A DNA stretch of 64,000 nucleotides from Aquificota bacterium. Lineage in GTDB: Bacteria > Aquificota > Aquificia > Desulfurobacteriales > DQVG01. Position numbers and translations under genes: made by a program. Shown piece after piece: positions 8,853 to 18,570 of this stretch. The notes beneath the pieces were generated by a model. The model was given only the letters and a program-made list of their open reading frames with translations. It ran no database searches and had not been told where the DNA came from. Within the stretch, counting starts at the first letter, position 1. Every line of letters starts with the position of its first letter. The stretch is taken from assembly GCA_027002265.1 (NCBI GenBank), contig JAMOTM010000043.1, forward strand, positions 12,103 to 76,102. Reading direction: 5' to 3'.

Positions 8853-9909
8853 CCTCTTTCTTATCTTGAGCTATATTTTCTCTTTTATCATCTTCCACAA
8901 ATTCCTTAAATTTTCCAAAAACAATTCTACCTGCGGAGGTTTGCAAAATATTTGTTACTTCTATTTTAACTTTTTTCCCAATTTTATCTCCAGCATTGTC
9001 CACTATTACCATAGTTCCATCATTTAGATATCCAATAGCTTGATTTTTATCTTTTCCTCTTTTCACTAAAGAAATTATTAGATCTTCTCCAACAACAAAA
9101 TTTGGTTTTAAAGCATTTATTAAATCATTTAAATTTAAAGTTTCTATCCCTTTTATCTGAGCAAGTTGAATAAGATTATAGTCCATAGTTAAAAGCTTAG
9201 CATCAAATTTTCTTGCAAGTTCTAAAAGTTTTTCATCCGTTTTTCTTAAATAAGGTATATCTCTTTCATATATATCTACCAAAAGAGCTTTTTTTTCATT
9301 TGACAGTTTTAAAAGCTCTTTTACAGCTTCTAAACCTCGTCTTCCTTTGTTTCGAATAACTGGATCATGGGTATCTGCTATAAATTGTAGTTCTTCTAAA
9401 ACAAAACGAGGAATTATAAATTTCCCTTCTAAAAATCCGGTTTTCAAAACATCTACAATTCTATAGTCTATTAAAGTTGAAGTATCTATAACCTTTGTAG
9501 GAATGCATTCTTCTTTATCCTCTCTAAAAAGAGATGAAAAGCTTCTTTTTTTCAAACTTTCGACAAATAAAATACCAAATAAAATGGGAAATATACCAAA
9601 TGTTAAAGCATTTACAAAAAATAGCTCTTCTTGGATAGGAAAGAATAAAATATTTATTATTACATATATTAAATAAGCAAATAAAACTCCTAAGGAAAAT
9701 CCAAAGATAAAATGAATAAAGTCTTTTATAAATATTTTTTTAGAAAAAATAAAGTAGTAAAGCAAAAATGCAGCTGTCGTAGAAAAAGTAGATATTAAAA
9801 AAGCTTGTAAATAATCAAATCCATAACTTACAAGTCCCAAAAAGGACAACCAAAATATTAAAATAAATGCTGGATTTATAATTCTTGGTTTAATAAATCT
9901 TATTTTCAT
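8830..9909 (-). CDS. PIN/TRAM-domain membrane protein (YacL-like)
   Basis: N-terminal transmembrane helices, a PIN-like core (PRFVLEELQFIAD...TMDYNL) and a C-terminal TRAM-like beta domain (KVKIEVTNILQTSAGRIVFGKF). Confidence 0.65.
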   Translation of the reverse strand: MKIRFIKPRIINPAFILIFWLSFLGLVSYGFDYLQAFLISTFSTTAAFLLYYFIFSKKIFIKDFIHFIFGFSLGVLFAYLIYVIINILFFPIQEELFFVNALTFGIFPILFGILFVESLKKRSFSSLFREDKEECIPTKVIDTSTLIDYRIVDVLKTGFLEGKFIIPRFVLEELQFIADTHDPVIRNKGRRGLEAVKELLKLSNEKKALLVDIYERDIPYLRKTDEKLLELARKFDAKLLTMDYNLIQLAQIKGIETLNLNDLINALKPNFVVGEDLIISLVKRGKDKNQAIGYLNDGTMVIVDNAGDKIGKKVKIEVTNILQTSAGRIVFGKFKEFVEDDKRENIAQDKKEDVSSEGK

Positions 9910-9954
9910 TTTTTTCTCCTAAAAAATAAAATATCACTTTCTAATACATCAAAT

Positions 9955-10551
9955 CTACTCTGCGGGGTATCCCACAGGCATAATATAAAGAGGATGTTCT
10001 TTTATATCTAAAATTATCTTAATAAGCTCATCTATAAAGGCTCCAATAGCTACTGTTCCAAGCTTTAAATATGTAGCCATTAGATATATATTTTGGGAAA
10101 TATGTCCTGCTTCCATTAAAACATACCTAATTCCTCGTTTTCCATATTTTGACATAGTTATTCCAAAGTTTGCTGTAATTATAAAGTTTAAAGGAGCATC
10201 CATAATAAAATCTTGATTTAATGCAGCTTGAACTAGCTCTGGCAAAATATTTTTTGAAAATAAAAATTTTAAACTATGGTTTTCAGGCATATATAAAAAA
10301 AGGGCATTTTCTAAATCTTTATACCTTTTTAAAAATAAATAAATTCTCATAGGATATAAAGCTCCGGCTGAAGGTACAGTTTTGTATCCAAAGGGGTTTC
10401 TAAGTCCATAAGCCGCAAAGCAGAGCTTTGAAATTTCGTTTTCACTTAATGGATTTGAAAGATAGCTTCTAATTGAACGTCTTTTAAATAATAGCTCTTC
10501 AAAGGAAAAAGAAAGCTTTTCTATTTCAATTTCCGGAAGTTTAAAAATCAT
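9955..10551 (-). CDS. Nitroreductase-family protein
   Basis: LFKRRSIRSY motif near the N-terminus and a size of 198 aa. Confidence 0.6.
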   Translation of the reverse strand: MIFKLPEIEIEKLSFSFEELLFKRRSIRSYLSNPLSENEISKLCFAAYGLRNPFGYKTVPSAGALYPMRIYLFLKRYKDLENALFLYMPENHSLKFLFSKNILPELVQAALNQDFIMDAPLNFIITANFGITMSKYGKRGIRYVLMEAGHISQNIYLMATYLKLGTVAIGAFIDELIKIILDIKEHPLYIMPVGYPAE

Positions 10552-11366
10552 AATTTATCCTTTATTAGTTTTTTTGAAAATTTTTTCTCATTATATAAAT
10601 TTAGGTCATCATTACTCGCAAGGGAATCGGTTCCAAGGAAAATTGGAATGTTGTATTTTTTAAAAAGATCAAAAGGGGGTTTTCCTACATTTAGATAGTA
10701 ATTGCTTCTTGGACATAAAATAACTTTTGCTCCTGTCTTTTTAATTAAATAAGCTTCTTTTTCCGTAATATGAACACAGTGGACTAAATACGTTTTTGGA
10801 GATAAAACCCCAAGTTCATATAAATATTCAATAGGCCTTTTTTCTGGAGGAGTAAAGTTTCCAAGAACTCCTATATTTTTAAAAAGTTCGTACATAGAAT
10901 TTTTCTTCCCTAAAAGAAAATCAACTTCCTCTTTACTTTCGGCGGCATGAATTTTGAATATAGGAGTATTTTTGTAAATAAGCTTTATATATTTTGGATT
11001 CACGCTATAGGGAGCATGAGCTGAAAGATAAAAATTATATTTTTTTGCTATTTTTATATACTTTTCAAATCTTAATTTTGCAATATTTTCATCTAATCCA
11101 ATAAATTCAAAAAAATTTTTTATATTGGGTCTTTTTAAAATTTTTAAAATTTTCTCATTCTCGGTAAAGGTTTGTATATTCCAAAAGTAATAATCTTTGT
11201 ATTCCTTTAAAATTTTTTTTATAGATAAAATTCTTAGCTCATCTTTTACCAAAAATTTAAAAGAAATTATTTTTTTCAACCAAGATACAAAGTCTTTTTC
11301 ACGAGGTCTATTTAAATATTTAAAGTAAGAAAATTCAAGATGGGTATGGTAGTTAATAGGTTTCAT
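10548..11366 (-). CDS. Amidohydrolase-family metal-dependent hydrolase (short chlorohydrolase or deaminase-like)
   Basis: HTH metal-binding motif near the N-terminus and LGTDSLASND near the C-terminus, typical of amidohydrolases such as nucleoside deaminases. The 4-nt overlap with the nitroreductase gene suggests one operon. Confidence 0.5.
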   Translation of the reverse strand: MKPINYHTHLEFSYFKYLNRPREKDFVSWLKKIISFKFLVKDELRILSIKKILKEYKDYYFWNIQTFTENEKILKILKRPNIKNFFEFIGLDENIAKLRFEKYIKIAKKYNFYLSAHAPYSVNPKYIKLIYKNTPIFKIHAAESKEEVDFLLGKKNSMYELFKNIGVLGNFTPPEKRPIEYLYELGVLSPKTYLVHCVHITEKEAYLIKKTGAKVILCPRSNYYLNVGKPPFDLFKKYNIPIFLGTDSLASNDDLNLYNEKKFSKKLIKDKL

Positions 11367-11369
11367 CTT

Positions 11370-11735
11370 TTACCTCTTTTCAAATAATTTAAGGATTTTA
11401 GCAAGCTTATTAAGATCCTTTTTATCTAAGCTAATAACGATTTTATTATACCTTTCATTTGTAAGCTCAAAAACCGCTATATCTTTATTTGGATACATGC
11501 ACCAAAATTCTTTTTTATTATTTTTTACAGAGAAAAAAATTCCTATTATGAGTAAATTAAATATACGTACGCCTGATGCTTTAAATAATGGATATTTTAA
11601 CTTAGATGGATTTAAAATAATGTTTTTGATATTTTTGATGGGAAATTCTATTGGTTTAAAGTTTAAAGATAGAATCTTTTCAAGTTTACTTAATTTTATT
11701 TGAATTTTGTCCTTTTTTATATCTAACTTTGCCAT
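11370..11735 (-). CDS. Hypothetical protein (121 aa)
   Basis: ORF only, co-directional with the downstream operon. No recognisable motif. Confidence 0.35.
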   Translation of the reverse strand: MAKLDIKKDKIQIKLSKLEKILSLNFKPIEFPIKNIKNIILNPSKLKYPLFKASGVRIFNLLIIGIFFSVKNNKKEFWCMYPNKDIAVFELTNERYNKIVISLDKKDLNKLAKILKLFEKR

Positions 11736-11805
11736 TTTATATTTTAATCTTTAGAAACACTTCAATGTTAAAATATTTTACAAAAATTTTTTGGAGGTAT
11801 TAAAC

Positions 11806-13170
11806 TTGAAAGTGGAAAAAAGTAAAAAACTTTTTGAAGAAGCCAAAAAATATATTCCAGGTGGGGTAAATTCTCCAGTTAGAGCTTTTAAAGCTGTTGA
11901 GGATATTCCGCGTTTTATTGAAAAAGGGGAAGGTGCATATATTTACGATGTGGATGGAAACAAATATATTGATTATGTAATGTCCTGGGGACCTTTAATT
12001 TTAGGTCATGCTCCTAAAAAAGTTATTAAAGCTGTTGTTGAGCAGGCAAAAAAGGGAACTTCTTATGGGGCTCCAACTAAGCTCGAGGTAGAAATTGCAA
12101 AATTTATATGTGAGCATGTTCCGGGAGTAGAAAAAGTTAGAATGGTAAACTCCGGAACAGAAGCTACTATGAGTGCAATTCGTCTGGCAAGAGGGTATAC
12201 TGGAAGAAAAAAAATTATAAAATTTGAAGGATGTTACCATGGGCATGTAGATTCCCTACTTGTAAAAGCAGGGTCTGGACTAGCAACTTTTGGAAAACCA
12301 TCCTCTCCAGGTATCCCCGAAGAGCTTGCAGCTCTTACTATTACTTTACCATTTAATGACATAAATACCTTTAAAAAAGCTATTTTGGAACATAAAGGAG
12401 AAATTGCCTGTGTTATTTTAGAACCCGTTATGGCAAATGCAGGGCTAATTATGCCCACAAAAGAATTTTTAAAAGGGCTTAGGGAAATTACTGCTCAAGA
12501 AAATATTATTCTTATCTTTGATGAAGTTATTACTGGATTTAGACTTTCTTTAGGTGGAGCTCAAGAGTATTTTGGAATTACTCCCGACCTTTCTACCTTT
12601 GGAAAAGTTATAGGGGGAGGTCTGCCGGTAGGGGCTTTTGGAGGGAAAAAAGAAATTATGGATTATTTATCTCCAGAGGGTCCTGTATATCAAGCTGGAA
12701 CTTTATCCGGAAATCCTCTTGCTATGGCGGCTGGTCTTACAACTTTAAAGCTTTTAAAAGATGGTAAAGTTCAAAAACTTCAAGATGGAAGTACTATAGT
12801 TGACTTTTTTAAGGATGGAGAAGGAGTTTATGATTATTTAAGAAAAATGGGAAAAGCTTTTGCAGAAGCTATAGATGCTGCTAGAAGAGAAACTGGTATG
12901 GATAAATATACAAGGGCTTATAACTTAGAAAGCTTAAATTGTCTTTTCTTTGTAGATAAAGATATTAAAAACTTTAAAGATGTTTCCAAAGCTAATACTA
13001 AAGCTTATGCTCTCTTTTTCAGAGAAATGTTAAAAGAAGGAATCTATTTAGCACCCTCTCAATTTGAAGTAGCCTTTGTATCTACAGCTCATACAGAAAA
13101 GGAAATAGAAAGAACTTATCAAGCTGCCCTTAAAGCTTTAAGAAGAGTTAAGGAGGAATTTTATAGTTAA
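11806..13170 (+). CDS. hemL: Glutamate-1-semialdehyde 2,1-aminomutase
   Basis: IPGGVNSPVRAF motif and a PLP lysine region. The TTG at 11806, 8 nt after GGAGG, is the preferred start over the in-frame TTG at 11791 that overlaps the ribosome-binding site. Confidence 0.85.
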   Translation: MKVEKSKKLFEEAKKYIPGGVNSPVRAFKAVEDIPRFIEKGEGAYIYDVDGNKYIDYVMSWGPLILGHAPKKVIKAVVEQAKKGTSYGAPTKLEVEIAKFICEHVPGVEKVRMVNSGTEATMSAIRLARGYTGRKKIIKFEGCYHGHVDSLLVKAGSGLATFGKPSSPGIPEELAALTITLPFNDINTFKKAILEHKGEIACVILEPVMANAGLIMPTKEFLKGLREITAQENIILIFDEVITGFRLSLGGAQEYFGITPDLSTFGKVIGGGLPVGAFGGKKEIMDYLSPEGPVYQAGTLSGNPLAMAAGLTTLKLLKDGKVQKLQDGSTIVDFFKDGEGVYDYLRKMGKAFAEAIDAARRETGMDKYTRAYNLESLNCLFFVDKDIKNFKDVSKANTKAYALFFREMLKEGIYLAPSQFEVAFVSTAHTEKEIERTYQAALKALRRVKEEFYS

Positions 13171-13400
13171 TGCTTAAACTTTTGTTTTCTAAAGATAAAG
13201 AAAAAAGAAAAACTTTTTTTAAGGTTCTCGAGGTTACTTCAAGTATTACGAGTTTTGCTTTTGCAGTTTTAATTGGTTTTGTAATAGGATATTATTTAGA
13301 TGAATACTTTCATACTTCTCCCCTTCTTACCTTGATTTTTGGAATCTTTGGAATCGTTGCGGGAGTTAAAAATATCTTAGAAGACCTAAAAAAATTTTGA
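13170..13400 (+). CDS. ATP synthase protein I / AtpZ-like small membrane protein
   Basis: A 76-aa protein with two transmembrane helices immediately upstream of atpB, as in atpI/atpZ-led operons. Confidence 0.5.
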   Translation: MLKLLFSKDKEKRKTFFKVLEVTSSITSFAFAVLIGFVIGYYLDEYFHTSPLLTLIFGIFGIVAGVKNILEDLKKF

Positions 13401-13436
13401 TATAATTTACTAGATTTTTTTGACGGGGGAAAAGTA

Positions 13437-14159
13437 ATGCAAGAGCATGGGTTAGTAATATTTCATATACCTGGAATTCCAGATTTTATAACTAATACTT
13501 GGGTAGTTATGGCAATTATTTTATTTGTAGCTTATAAACTTTCTCAAAACTTAGATTTATTTCCAAAAAATAAATTTCTTCTAGCTATTGAATCTCTTTA
13601 TAAATTTTTTAAGGATTTACTAAATCAAACTTTAGGAAAGGAGAAAGCTAAAAAATTTTTACCTTACTTCTTTGCTTTATTTATTTTTATTTTATGTATG
13701 AATCTTTGGGGACTTATTCCAGGGGCTGTTCAACCCACCTCTAATATTAATACCACTTTAGCTTTAGCTATTTTATCTTTTATTCTTTATCATGCTTCTG
13801 GTATCAAATTTCAAGGAATTATTAACTATATAAAACACTTTTTAAGTGGACCAAAATGGCTTATTCCTCTTATGTTACCAGTAGAAATAATTTCTCACTT
13901 TGCAAGAATCATCTCTCTTTCTTTCCGGCTTTTTGGAAACATGTTTGGAGATGAAATGATAGTATTAATTCTCTTTACTATATTCCCACTTGTTTTACCT
14001 CTTTTAGGTATGCTTATTGTATTTGGTAACTCATTTTTACAAGCATTTATTTTTGTAATGCTTTCTATAATTTATGTAGCTCTTGCAGTTCACCACCATC
14101 ATGAAGAAAAAGAAAAAGAAAAAGAAAAGGAAAATGTGCCGGATATAGACTTAGCTTAA
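13437..14159 (+). CDS. atpB: F0F1 ATP synthase subunit a
   Basis: FRLFGNMFGDE motif containing the conserved Arg. The protein ends in an unusual HHHHEEKEKEKEKE tail. Confidence 0.85.
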   Translation: MQEHGLVIFHIPGIPDFITNTWVVMAIILFVAYKLSQNLDLFPKNKFLLAIESLYKFFKDLLNQTLGKEKAKKFLPYFFALFIFILCMNLWGLIPGAVQPTSNINTTLALAILSFILYHASGIKFQGIINYIKHFLSGPKWLIPLMLPVEIISHFARIISLSFRLFGNMFGDEMIVLILFTIFPLVLPLLGMLIVFGNSFLQAFIFVMLSIIYVALAVHHHHEEKEKEKEKENVPDIDLA

Positions 14160-14180
14160 AAATAAATGGAGGGTTGAAAA

Positions 14181-14414
14181 ATGGACATTGGAACAGGAAT
14201 TGCTATTTTAGGTCCAGCTTTAGCGGTAGGACTTGCTGGAGCTGGAGCTGGTGTAGGTATTGGTCTTGCAGGTAAAGGTAGTTTAGAAGCTATGGCTAGA
14301 AACCCAAATATGTATTCTAAAATTCAAACAAATATGTTAATTGCTGCAGCTCTTGCAGAATCTGTTGCTATCTATGGTTTAGTTATTGCTTTTATTTTAC
14401 TTGGAAAAATCTAA
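14181..14414 (+). CDS. atpE: F0F1 ATP synthase subunit c
   Basis: Gly-rich helix GLAGAGAGVGIGLAG, the essential Glu in AALAESVAIYGL, and a size of 77 aa. Confidence 0.85.
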   Translation: MDIGTGIAILGPALAVGLAGAGAGVGIGLAGKGSLEAMARNPNMYSKIQTNMLIAAALAESVAIYGLVIAFILLGKI

Positions 14415-14421
14415 AATATTT

Positions 14422-14445
14422 TGGGGGCAAAGCCTTGCCCCCATA
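14422..14445. terminator. Bidirectional terminator GGGGGCAA-agcc-TTGCCCCC between atpE and miaA
   Basis: Perfect 8-bp stem between convergent genes. Confidence 0.65.
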
Positions 14446-14446
14446 T

Positions 14447-15433
14447 TTAAATTTCATTTTTAACATCTTTAAATATATCTTCAAAACTTATACTCTCAAT
14501 ATCATACATTTTCCATACTTTGTCTTTATCTAAGTATTTTTTTAACCATCTTATTTGTCTTCTTGCATAGTTTTTAGTAGATTTTACTATCCAAGCTTTA
14601 GCTTCATCTAAGGATAAAACATTATATAAATAAAATATTATTTCTTTATAAGAGTGGCCTTGCAAAGCTGGGAAATCATCAAAGTACCTTTGAAAATTTT
14701 TATAAATTTCTTTGAAGTCTTTCTTTTTATTTTCAAAGAAAAATTTATCTAAAGTTTCTTGAAAATTATATTTTTTTATGATATTTTTAACCTCTTCTAT
14801 TAAACCTCTTTCTATTTGTTTATCTACTCTCTTTTCTATATTTTTAAAAATATTTTCCTTTTTTCTATTTAAAAATATTCCAACAAAACTAAATCTTTTT
14901 TCCAGATTATCCCAGAAATTTAAATTTAAGTTTTCACCTTTTAAAGCAAGTTCGCTATATCTTAAAAGCCTTTTTCTATCATTTTTTGAAATTTTTTTAG
15001 AAATTTCTGGAAAATGCTTTTTTATTATCTCGAAAAGCTCTTCATTATTTAAATTTTCTAAATACTTTATTAAAGTATTATCTTTTTTAGTAAAAATAGG
15101 AAGATTATAAATTAAAAAGTGCATATAAAGAGTTGTTCCTCCAACTATAATAGGTATTTTTCCTCGAGAAAATATATCTTGAATATGAGTATAAGCTTTT
15201 TTTACAAATTCTCCTAAAGCTAACTTCTCTCTTGGGGTAATGATATCTATCATATAGTGGGGAAATTTTTTTCTAATGTCTTTAGAGACTTTATCTGTCC
15301 CAATATCCATATCTTTATAAATTTGCATACTATCACAGCTTACAATTTCTACATTTTTCAATTTTTCAGCTAAATATAAAGAGAGATCCGTTTTACCTAC
15401 GCTCGTAGGTCCTGCAATTACGATAGCTTTCAT
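14447..15433 (-). CDS. miaA: tRNA dimethylallyltransferase
   Basis: P-loop IAGPTSVGKT and an IIVGGTTLY motif. Confidence 0.85.
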   Translation of the reverse strand: MKAIVIAGPTSVGKTDLSLYLAEKLKNVEIVSCDSMQIYKDMDIGTDKVSKDIRKKFPHYMIDIITPREKLALGEFVKKAYTHIQDIFSRGKIPIIVGGTTLYMHFLIYNLPIFTKKDNTLIKYLENLNNEELFEIIKKHFPEISKKISKNDRKRLLRYSELALKGENLNLNFWDNLEKRFSFVGIFLNRKKENIFKNIEKRVDKQIERGLIEEVKNIIKKYNFQETLDKFFFENKKKDFKEIYKNFQRYFDDFPALQGHSYKEIIFYLYNVLSLDEAKAWIVKSTKNYARRQIRWLKKYLDKDKVWKMYDIESISFEDIFKDVKNEI

Positions 15434-16478
15434 TTTCTACTTCCAAGACGGTTTCTAAATTTAAGTTCTCTTTTTTTATCCTTTCTAAATTTTTCATGTA
15501 ATTTAAAATATCCTCTTTTATTTTATTGGGAATTCTTAAATAAGTTCTAACTATAAAAATATTTTCCTTTAATTTTAAATCTTTATTTTTTATTAGATCA
15601 AAAATTTTTACAAAATCTTTTTCAGTTGTAAGGAAAGCTATTCTTTTATCTTCTTTTAAGATATTGTTTAGTTTTTCTATGTCTTTTATTTTATATTTGT
15701 GGTGATCAGGAAATTTTATATGTTTTTTTACTTTTAATCTTAGCTCTTTTTCAACGAAATTTTTAAAACTTAGATTATTTCCAAGACCAGAAATAAGATA
15801 TATTTCTTTATTTTTTAGAGATTCTAAATTAATTTTTTCCCCGGAAAAATTTGTAATATTTTTTAATTTTATAGGAACTAAGAATATATTTTTATTATAT
15901 TTTTCCAAAATTTTTAAGGTTTTATCTATAATATCCTTTTTGTATAAATTATACTTAGTTATAAGGATATAATCAGCTAAAGAGGAATTTTCCAAATCTT
16001 CCCTTAATATTCCAAAAGGAAAAGGAGTATAATCTCGTTTGGACAAAAAGGGACGAAAACAAAGAATTTTTTTATCATAATCTATCCTTAGATCTTGAAA
16101 ACCATCATCTAAAATTATTAAATGTGCGCCCAAATTTAGGGCATAATCAATTCCAGCTAATCTATTTTTTGAAACAATTGTATCTATCCCATGTCGGAAA
16201 TATATTAAAGCTTCATCTCCAAAATATTCACTATCTAATTTATCTACTAAAACGGGACCTATAGCTTTTCCCTTATATCCTCTTAAAACTACAAAAGGTC
16301 TTAAACCTTTTTCTAAAAGAAATTTTGCCAAGTCTAAAACAATCGGAGTTTTTCCTGTTCCTCCTACCTGGAGATTGCCTATACAAATAGTAGGAACCTG
16401 AGCTTTATAATAAGGTTTAAATAATTTTCTTCTAAATTTTGTTAAACTTCCGTATAATTTTGAAAGTAAAGTTAACAA
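15393..16478 (-). CDS. lpxK: Tetraacyldisaccharide 4'-kinase
   Basis: ICIGNLQVGGTGKTP motif. Confidence 0.8.
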   Translation of the reverse strand: MLTLLSKLYGSLTKFRRKLFKPYYKAQVPTICIGNLQVGGTGKTPIVLDLAKFLLEKGLRPFVVLRGYKGKAIGPVLVDKLDSEYFGDEALIYFRHGIDTIVSKNRLAGIDYALNLGAHLIILDDGFQDLRIDYDKKILCFRPFLSKRDYTPFPFGILREDLENSSLADYILITKYNLYKKDIIDKTLKILEKYNKNIFLVPIKLKNITNFSGEKINLESLKNKEIYLISGLGNNLSFKNFVEKELRLKVKKHIKFPDHHKYKIKDIEKLNNILKEDKRIAFLTTEKDFVKIFDLIKNKDLKLKENIFIVRTYLRIPNKIKEDILNYMKNLERIKKENLNLETVLEVENESYRNCRTYERR

Positions 16479-16490
16479 ATTATACCTTCC

Positions 16491-17198
16491 TTACTTTATT
16501 TTTAAGATTTTATGAAGCTGAGGGCGAAAATAAACTTTTAAATTTTTTATATCTTTTTCTTTTAAAAAGCTCAATAAACATTTTTTAGAAAAGTTAATAT
16601 AATCCATATTTTTAAATTCTACAGGTTGAAAATATACATTTTTTAATTTAAACTCTTTTATAATTTTTATATACTTTTTTATATTTTCCCTATTAAAAAT
16701 TAAAAATTTATAGTAAACTTTTATGTTATGGTCTTCTTCCAACATTTTCCAGAATTTAATGACTTTGCATATTTCTTTCTTAGGAGATATCACCAAGGCA
16801 ATATTTTTTCTTTTTAAAGTTTTTATAAAAGTTTTTTCAGGAAAAATACTACCATTTGTTTCTAAAATGATAAATTTATTTATTTTCTCTATAAAGTTTT
16901 TTAAAAAAGGGGATTGTAAAAAAGGTTCTCCTCCAGTTATAGTTATATATTTATATTTTTTTGAAAGATTTAAAAGCTTGTTTAAAGAAATTTTATAAGC
17001 TTTATTTAATTTTTCTTTAGTATCGCAAAAAGAACAATTTAGATTACAAAAAGCGAATCTAATAAAGAAACAAGGTAAACCTAAAAAAGGTCCTTCTCCT
17101 TGAATAGAAAAAAAAACTTCAGAAATATAAGCATATTTTTTGTTCTTAAATTTCCTCAAAATACTCAACTCCATTTTTCTCAGTTTCCCAAAGAACAA
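16491..17198 (-). CDS. queE: 7-carboxy-7-deazaguanine synthase (radical SAM)
   Basis: CNLNCSFCDT radical-SAM cluster motif and an ITGGEPFLQ motif. The true start may be the internal Met (MELSIL). Confidence 0.75.
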   Translation of the reverse strand: MFFGKLRKMELSILRKFKNKKYAYISEVFFSIQGEGPFLGLPCFFIRFAFCNLNCSFCDTKEKLNKAYKISLNKLLNLSKKYKYITITGGEPFLQSPFLKNFIEKINKFIILETNGSIFPEKTFIKTLKRKNIALVISPKKEICKVIKFWKMLEEDHNIKVYYKFLIFNRENIKKYIKIIKEFKLKNVYFQPVEFKNMDYINFSKKCLLSFLKEKDIKNLKVYFRPQLHKILKIK

Positions 17199-17496
17199 CT
17201 TTTAAAATGTTATAACCTTTTTCCTTTAGCTTCTTATATATATACCTTGATATATTTTCCGCAGAGGGAGGAAAATCAAAAATCTGATTTAAGAATTTAT
17301 GGTCGGGTAAAATTTCTCTTAAATCCTTTTTTATTTGAGAAAAATCTATAGAAATGCCAGTTTCTTTATCTATATCTTTTACTTTTATAAAAATTTCCAC
17401 TTTCCATGTATGACCATGTAAATTTTTACATTTTCCGGGATGATTTGGAATAAAATGAGCTGCATCAAATTTTTCTTTTACTCTTAAGATCCACAT
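17146..17496 (-). CDS. queD: 6-carboxy-5,6,7,8-tetrahydropterin synthase
   Basis: A 116-aa protein with FDAAHF...CKNLHGHTWKVE, the zinc-binding His motif of QueD/PTPS. Confidence 0.8.
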   Translation of the reverse strand: MWILRVKEKFDAAHFIPNHPGKCKNLHGHTWKVEIFIKVKDIDKETGISIDFSQIKKDLREILPDHKFLNQIFDFPPSAENISRYIYKKLKEKGYNILKVVLWETEKNGVEYFEEI

Positions 17497-17509
17497 TTTT
17501 TATCCTCTT

Positions 17510-18481
17510 TTAATTTTTTATAAGTTTATCTATATCTTTAAAAGATAAATTATATTCTTTTATAAGAAAATCTATAAAACTTTTATCTTTATAATAAAAT
17601 CTTCTTATTAAATATCTTAAAAATTTATTTGGCATAATTTCCTTTATATATTTTTCAAAGGAATCATCTCTATCTTTATCTGTAAGCCATCTACTTACTA
17701 TATAAACAATATGATTTAATCTATCTGGAACGGCATAAGCATAACCTTTATAAGTTATTTTTCTATGTTTATATTCAGGTAAAATTTCAGATGTTAAACC
17801 ATCTAAGCTTTGATTTTTATCTATTATTCCTCCCAAAATAAAAATATTTATTTTATCTTTTTCTATATCTTTCCAGGATAAGGTTTTTTCTGCATTTGGA
17901 TCTAAAACTATTATATTAAAGTCTTTTTGATATTCCTTTCCAAGTTTATATATATCTTCAAAAGAATTAAAAATATGGAAAGGATAATTTTTGTAAGCTT
18001 TTTCAAAGTAAGGTTCTATATTTTCTTTTACATTAAAGACAAAGTAGTGATAGTTAGATAAGTAATTTTTTAAAATATTTGCAGTTTTTGAAAGTTGAAC
18101 AATTAGACTATCTTTTTCATGTTTATCTAAAATGTTTGTAAAGGATAAATCTACTCCGAAAAAGGGAATTTGAGAAAAATCTAAATATATATCCAGGCAA
18201 GGTAAGCGTAAATTTTTACTTCTAACAAGATATGCGTCTGGTAAGATCTCCCCTTTAAAGCCTAAAAGTTTAAAATCTTTTTCCTCCTGTAGTACTCGTC
18301 CTGGGAATTTATCAAAAAAATATTTTTCTAAAACAATTTTCCATTTTCCTTTTTTTATATCGTTAGAAAGAACATTTAAATAATCTAGACCTTCTGGGTA
18401 ACCTACCAGTTTTAAAATATTTATATTTTCTTTTTTTAAAGTATTTACTAAAATTTCTTTTGGAGATAAAATACGCTCCAT
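17510..18481 (-). CDS. Hypothetical protein with a C-terminal Trm10-like SPOUT (tRNA m1G9/m1A9 methyltransferase-like) domain
   Basis: C-terminal NIIVLDPNAEKTL...INIFILGGIIDKNQ and GLTSE...RLNHIVYIV segments resemble the Trm10 SPOUT signatures (IGGLVD and L..N.V.EIL). The gene lies immediately downstream of queD/queE. Confidence 0.35.
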   Translation of the reverse strand: MERILSPKEILVNTLKKENINILKLVGYPEGLDYLNVLSNDIKKGKWKIVLEKYFFDKFPGRVLQEEKDFKLLGFKGEILPDAYLVRSKNLRLPCLDIYLDFSQIPFFGVDLSFTNILDKHEKDSLIVQLSKTANILKNYLSNYHYFVFNVKENIEPYFEKAYKNYPFHIFNSFEDIYKLGKEYQKDFNIIVLDPNAEKTLSWKDIEKDKINIFILGGIIDKNQSLDGLTSEILPEYKHRKITYKGYAYAVPDRLNHIVYIVSRWLTDKDRDDSFEKYIKEIMPNKFLRYLIRRFYYKDKSFIDFLIKEYNLSFKDIDKLIKN

Positions 18482-18570
18482 AGTCTCTCCTTTTTTTTAT
18501 TTTCTAAAAATTCTGCTCTTAGAACAAACATAAAATTAACTGAAAAATTTTAACAACAAGGAGAAGAAAA

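Noticed and set aside
10548-11366. Possibility that the 272-aa hydrolase is a TatD DNase
   Set aside because: The C-terminal LGTDSLASND motif fits amidohydrolase or deaminase enzymes better than TatD.
12001-12458. Minus-strand ORFs inside hemL
   Set aside because: They are antisense to a strongly supported conserved gene.
14778-15110. 110-aa + strand ORF inside miaA
   Set aside because: It is an antisense shadow ORF with a low-complexity translation.
16723-17351. Plus-strand ORFs inside queE and queD
   Set aside because: They are antisense shadow ORFs.
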